Below, in pieces: positions 37,051-39,987 of a stretch of DNA of 39,987 nucleotides. The stretch is taken from the IMG/VR virus record IMGVR_UViG_2639762563_000001, positions 1 to 39,987 of that record. One strand, written 5' to 3'. The DNA is from a virus. Under the pieces are notes generated by a model. The model was not told where the DNA came from. It made no database searches and saw only the letters and a list, made by a program, of their open reading frames with translations. Position numbers and translations under genes: made by a program. The first letter of the stretch is position 1; the number at the start of each line of letters is the position of its first letter.

Positions 37051-37888
37051 CCCCGCCGACGGGCTTCGTCGATTCGCCGACGTCGTCGCCGTCTTCCAGG
37101 ACACACCGATCGGCATCGACGACGCTCGGTTGCTCGAGGCCGACGACGAAACGCTCCACGGCCAGCTCACCGTCACTGTTCGCGACGACGATCTCGAGGG
37201 CTTCGGAGATCCAACCGAAGCCGCCGACCGACGTGGTGATGAGGGTGATGCCCCCGAAAAGACGCTGGATCACACTGACACCGAGGATCTCGAGCGGGCA
37301 TACAACGCAGCGGACGGCAATATCAGCGCTGCCGCCGAGCGCTTCGATGTCGGCTACGGCGCTGTCTACAACCGGATGGTCGAGAACGGAATTCACGAGA
37401 GACAAAGCGGCACCTCCACCGAGGACGACACCACCGAATCAACGTCAGAGTCAGAGGCACCAGTCGACCTCGAGGAGGACGCCACGGACGATTCGCCGGC
37501 GGGCACCGGCGATGACGAAGCCGACTCTCCCCCATCGTCAGATGGTCAGGAAATCGAAGCATCTATCGAAGACAACACTAACGAACAGGTGTCAGAGGTA
37601 CCAAATGTCGACCACGACGAGGACGATTCGTCGGCGGGCACCGACGAAGGCGTCCAGGAGGACACCGACGAGATCACCGTCGACGCTGTCGATGGCGAGA
37701 AGGACGAACCCGATATCGCGCTCCCCGATGGCGTAACCGAAGCCGACGTTCTTGCTGTTGTTGACGAGTTCGACGCACTCGGTACTATAGCTGATGAACT
37801 CGGTGTTACGCGAGGGCGAGCACGGGCGATTACGGTTGCTCTCGGTTGCTATGGAGATGTTCGGGAAGTCTCCGGAGGGGACCAATGA
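37043..37888 (+). CDS. Acidic protein with two HTH domains
   Basis: GNISAAAERFDVGYGAVYNRM and LGTIADELGVTRGRAR, separated by an acidic linker. Start chosen at ATG 37043. Confidence 0.7.
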   Translation: MSDPADGLRRFADVVAVFQDTPIGIDDARLLEADDETLHGQLTVTVRDDDLEGFGDPTEAADRRGDEGDAPEKTLDHTDTEDLERAYNAADGNISAAAERFDVGYGAVYNRMVENGIHERQSGTSTEDDTTESTSESEAPVDLEEDATDDSPAGTGDDEADSPPSSDGQEIEASIEDNTNEQVSEVPNVDHDEDDSSAGTDEGVQEDTDEITVDAVDGEKDEPDIALPDGVTEADVLAVVDEFDALGTIADELGVTRGRARAITVALGCYGDVREVSGGDQ

Positions 37889-38205
37889 GCCAGAGCGAGT
37901 GCTCCGTCTGTGGCGAGGAGCTCGCAAGCCCACTTGCCGGGCCCGCCCACGCGCGCAAACACAAGAACCGATTCGAGAAGCTGGTTGGACGTCGACCGGA
38001 CGACTACAGCGAGGTCCAGGCGCTATTCAACGAAGGCGGGGTTCCCGAGGACGTCGACCTCGAGACTGGCTCATGGATGACACTCGAGCAGTTCGTCGAC
38101 GGGCGAGCGCAACTGAGCCCCTTCGAGGGCCTTGCTCTCGTCGCGATCGTCTCAGCAGCCCTCTTATTCTCACTCCTACTCGCAAAGGGGGTGGTGTTCG
38201 CGTGA
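37885..38205 (+). CDS. C2H2 zinc finger with C-terminal TM helix
   Basis: CSVC...HARKH and a hydrophobic tail. Confidence 0.65.
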   Translation: MSQSECSVCGEELASPLAGPAHARKHKNRFEKLVGRRPDDYSEVQALFNEGGVPEDVDLETGSWMTLEQFVDGRAQLSPFEGLALVAIVSAALLFSLLLAKGVVFA

Positions 38206-38516
38206 GCACGAGCACCGAGGACATTGCCGATCGCGAACGCCTGCGTGCAGCCGAGCACGTGGTCGGAGCCACGGAACACGTCGAAGACCAATGGCCCGAT
38301 CGCGCTCTCGTCGACGACGTCGACATCGAACAGGCGTGGTCCGAAGCTACCCCGATCCACTATCCGAGTGCCCGACGCGGGGCAGTTGCCCGGTACCACC
38401 GTCGCAGCGACACCGTCATTCTCGCCCGACAGGGCGCGATCACGACGTGCATTGAGCTGATGGACCGCCCGTGGTCCGAGCGTATCTACATCCGAAAACA
38501 GGTGACAGACCAATGA
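38202..38516 (+). CDS. Hypothetical protein (possibly RelE/BECR-like fold)
   Basis: TEHVEDQWPDR...VILARQGAITTCI. GTGA/ATGA coupled. Confidence 0.55.
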   Translation: MSTSTEDIADRERLRAAEHVVGATEHVEDQWPDRALVDDVDIEQAWSEATPIHYPSARRGAVARYHRRSDTVILARQGAITTCIELMDRPWSERIYIRKQVTDQ

Positions 38517-38674
38517 GTACGGCTGACTCTCCCCAACCAGTTGACGACCTAACCGACGACGAACGAGCGTTATTCGAACGGATTGCTGAGAAACACGAGG
38601 ATGACGACGAGGTGCGACGTATCTGCGAGATCGTGCTTCAGTCCTCAGACGATAACGAGGAGGCGAACTCATGA
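38513..38674 (+). CDS. Small acidic helical protein
   Basis: 53 aa. Its 3' end overlaps the integrase 3' end. Confidence 0.6.
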   Translation: MSTADSPQPVDDLTDDERALFERIAEKHEDDDEVRRICEIVLQSSDDNEEANS

Positions 38675-39987
38675 AGGTCGTCTTTGTCCATGACGTGGGG
38701 TTTCTCCTCGAGCGTCCGTCGAGCGCTGACGAACTCTCGCCGATCCTCCGGGTCCTCGGCTTCGATCGACCGATCGTCGAGGACGCTGCGGACTTCGTCG
38801 AGGAGTTCCTTCGCCTCGAAATCGAGGCTCTGGTGACAGTGGATACAGAAATCCCGGTCACTCGGGGTGTCCTCTCCGCATCGGGGACAGGGGACGGGCG
38901 AGACGTCTTCGGGTTCGTCGGATTCGACCTCGAGGCCGTGGAGTTGCGCGTACGCGCGTTCGTTACTTTCCTCGCCGAACCGAGCCATGTAGCGCGCGGT
39001 GTGCTCGCTCCCGCGTTTTCGGCCCTGCCGGTCCTCGATTCGAGCTGTCGAGAAGTTCTGGAGGATCAGCCATCGAGTGTTCGACTTCCGGAATGCGGTC
39101 GGCGTGACGTCCTTCGTGATGTCGACGCGACCAGCAGCGTTCTTGAAGTAGTTCAAGAAGGTGTTGTAGCTGGGTCGGTCGGGCGAGGAGAGCTTGCTCC
39201 AGACCGGTGCTTGGTCGTTATCCGGAGCGGGATGCTCCGAGAGCCATTGCTGAAGGTATGGAACCGACGTGATCAGGTGGACGGTGCGCTCGCCTTCTTT
39301 GCCGTCGACGTGGAGGCCGACCGAGTGCTCACCGTCGAAGATGTCTCCGACGCGGAGGTCGTAGAGCTCGCCCCCACGGAGACCCGCCTCGAACTGGACG
39401 GCGAACAGTGCCTTGTCCCGCGCGTTGTGGGCGGTCTCGACCATCGCTTGGCTGTCGTCGTAGGTCAGGAGATCGCGTTCGGAGGGGACAGGGTCGAAGT
39501 CGTTACTCGTCCCGGTCGGGATCCATTTGAGGCTCTCGGGCGGCTCGTCGAGTTTGCGTCGGTAGCGACCAAACGATCGCAGCGCCGTCCGGTAGTCCTG
39601 GTTGGTGTGTTCGTTGGTGTACTCCTCGTTGATCCAGCGGACGACAGCCTCCGCAGCGGCACGGTACTCGAGTGCGAGTCCGAGCAGGCCGTGCTCCTCG
39701 AGGAGCTCGTCGACGTCGGATTCGTCGTCGATCTCGTCGGCCTCGCCGTTGTCTTCGAAGTCCTCGACGGATGGCGGTGGGACCAGGGAAGCCATTCGGC
39801 TGCAGTGTCGGAGCAGCTTGAGGTGGCGATGGTCGCCGATCTCCGAGGGAACGAGCCGGATGTTATCCGAGAACTTCAGGAGGTGACGGCGGTCGGCCTC
39901 GAACTGAACGTAGCGAGAGTCTTCCCCGTTCGACCGGAGACGGTCGCGGAGGGTGTCGACTTCGGCGCGTGGGTCGGAGTCGCTCAT
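38638..39987 (-). CDS. int: Tyrosine integrase, SNJ2-like haloarchaeal family
   Basis: EAGLRGGEL (R), DGKEG (K), TPTAFRKS (HxxR with H replaced by T), RQGR (H/W replaced), TARY (Y), C-terminal CPRCG...CIHCH ribbon. Confidence 0.9.
   Translation of the reverse strand: MSDSDPRAEVDTLRDRLRSNGEDSRYVQFEADRRHLLKFSDNIRLVPSEIGDHRHLKLLRHCSRMASLVPPPSVEDFEDNGEADEIDDESDVDELLEEHGLLGLALEYRAAAEAVVRWINEEYTNEHTNQDYRTALRSFGRYRRKLDEPPESLKWIPTGTSNDFDPVPSERDLLTYDDSQAMVETAHNARDKALFAVQFEAGLRGGELYDLRVGDIFDGEHSVGLHVDGKEGERTVHLITSVPYLQQWLSEHPAPDNDQAPVWSKLSSPDRPSYNTFLNYFKNAAGRVDITKDVTPTAFRKSNTRWLILQNFSTARIEDRQGRKRGSEHTARYMARFGEESNERAYAQLHGLEVESDEPEDVSPVPCPRCGEDTPSDRDFCIHCHQSLDFEAKELLDEVRSVLDDRSIEAEDPEDRREFVSARRTLEEKPHVMDKDDLHEFASSLSSED

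Larger units (their letters stand above)
1..39987. mobile_element. Temperate haloarchaeal tailed virus/provirus (siphovirus-like); boundaries and att sites not visible in the window
   Basis: Syntenic terminase-portal-capsid-neck-tail tube-tape measure module, repressors, tyrosine integrase, Orc1/Cdc6 and acidic proteins. No tail sheath gene recognised. Confidence 0.93.

Noticed and set aside
1-39987. High frequency of CTCGAG, GTCGAC and GATC
   Set aside because: Explained by haloarchaeal codon usage (Leu-Glu, Val-Asp). No methyltransferase or restriction gene was found.

Overview
The whole window is a temperate haloarchaeal head-tailed virus (siphovirus-like), either a provirus or a near-complete genome. 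The evidence is the acidic proteome, GC-rich coding DNA, archaeal Orc1/Cdc6, a PhiH1-type repressor and a haloarchaeal SNJ2-like tyrosine integrase. The order is: primase-SF2 helicase fusion (332-3877); two small membrane genes; packaging and head genes (TerS, TerL, portal, SPP1 gp7-like, protease/scaffold, decoration, HK97-fold capsid); neck and long non-contractile tail genes; tail-tip genes; an AT-richer accessory island (~23.6-27.5 kb); two divergent regulator/early-operon switches (~28.4 and ~34.7 kb); and a convergent integrase ending the window. No att site, tRNA, CRISPR array or reverse transcriptase was found. The most notable signals not explained by the ORF track are: (1) two related three-way-junction RNA leaders starting at the predicted transcription starts of both early operons; (2) a T-TTT-TTG -1 frameshift site in the tail chaperone gene; (3) a tail-tip protein with seven 120-bp repeats forming a probable 7-bladed propeller; (4) a 179-bp MITE with perfect 16-bp TIRs and an 8-bp TSD; (5) a gene cassette flanked by a duplicated portal 3' end; (6) a recurring RCYGAYGGYGG (T/A-D-G-G) motif in accessory genes. 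All product calls come from motif recognition and gene order, not database searches.
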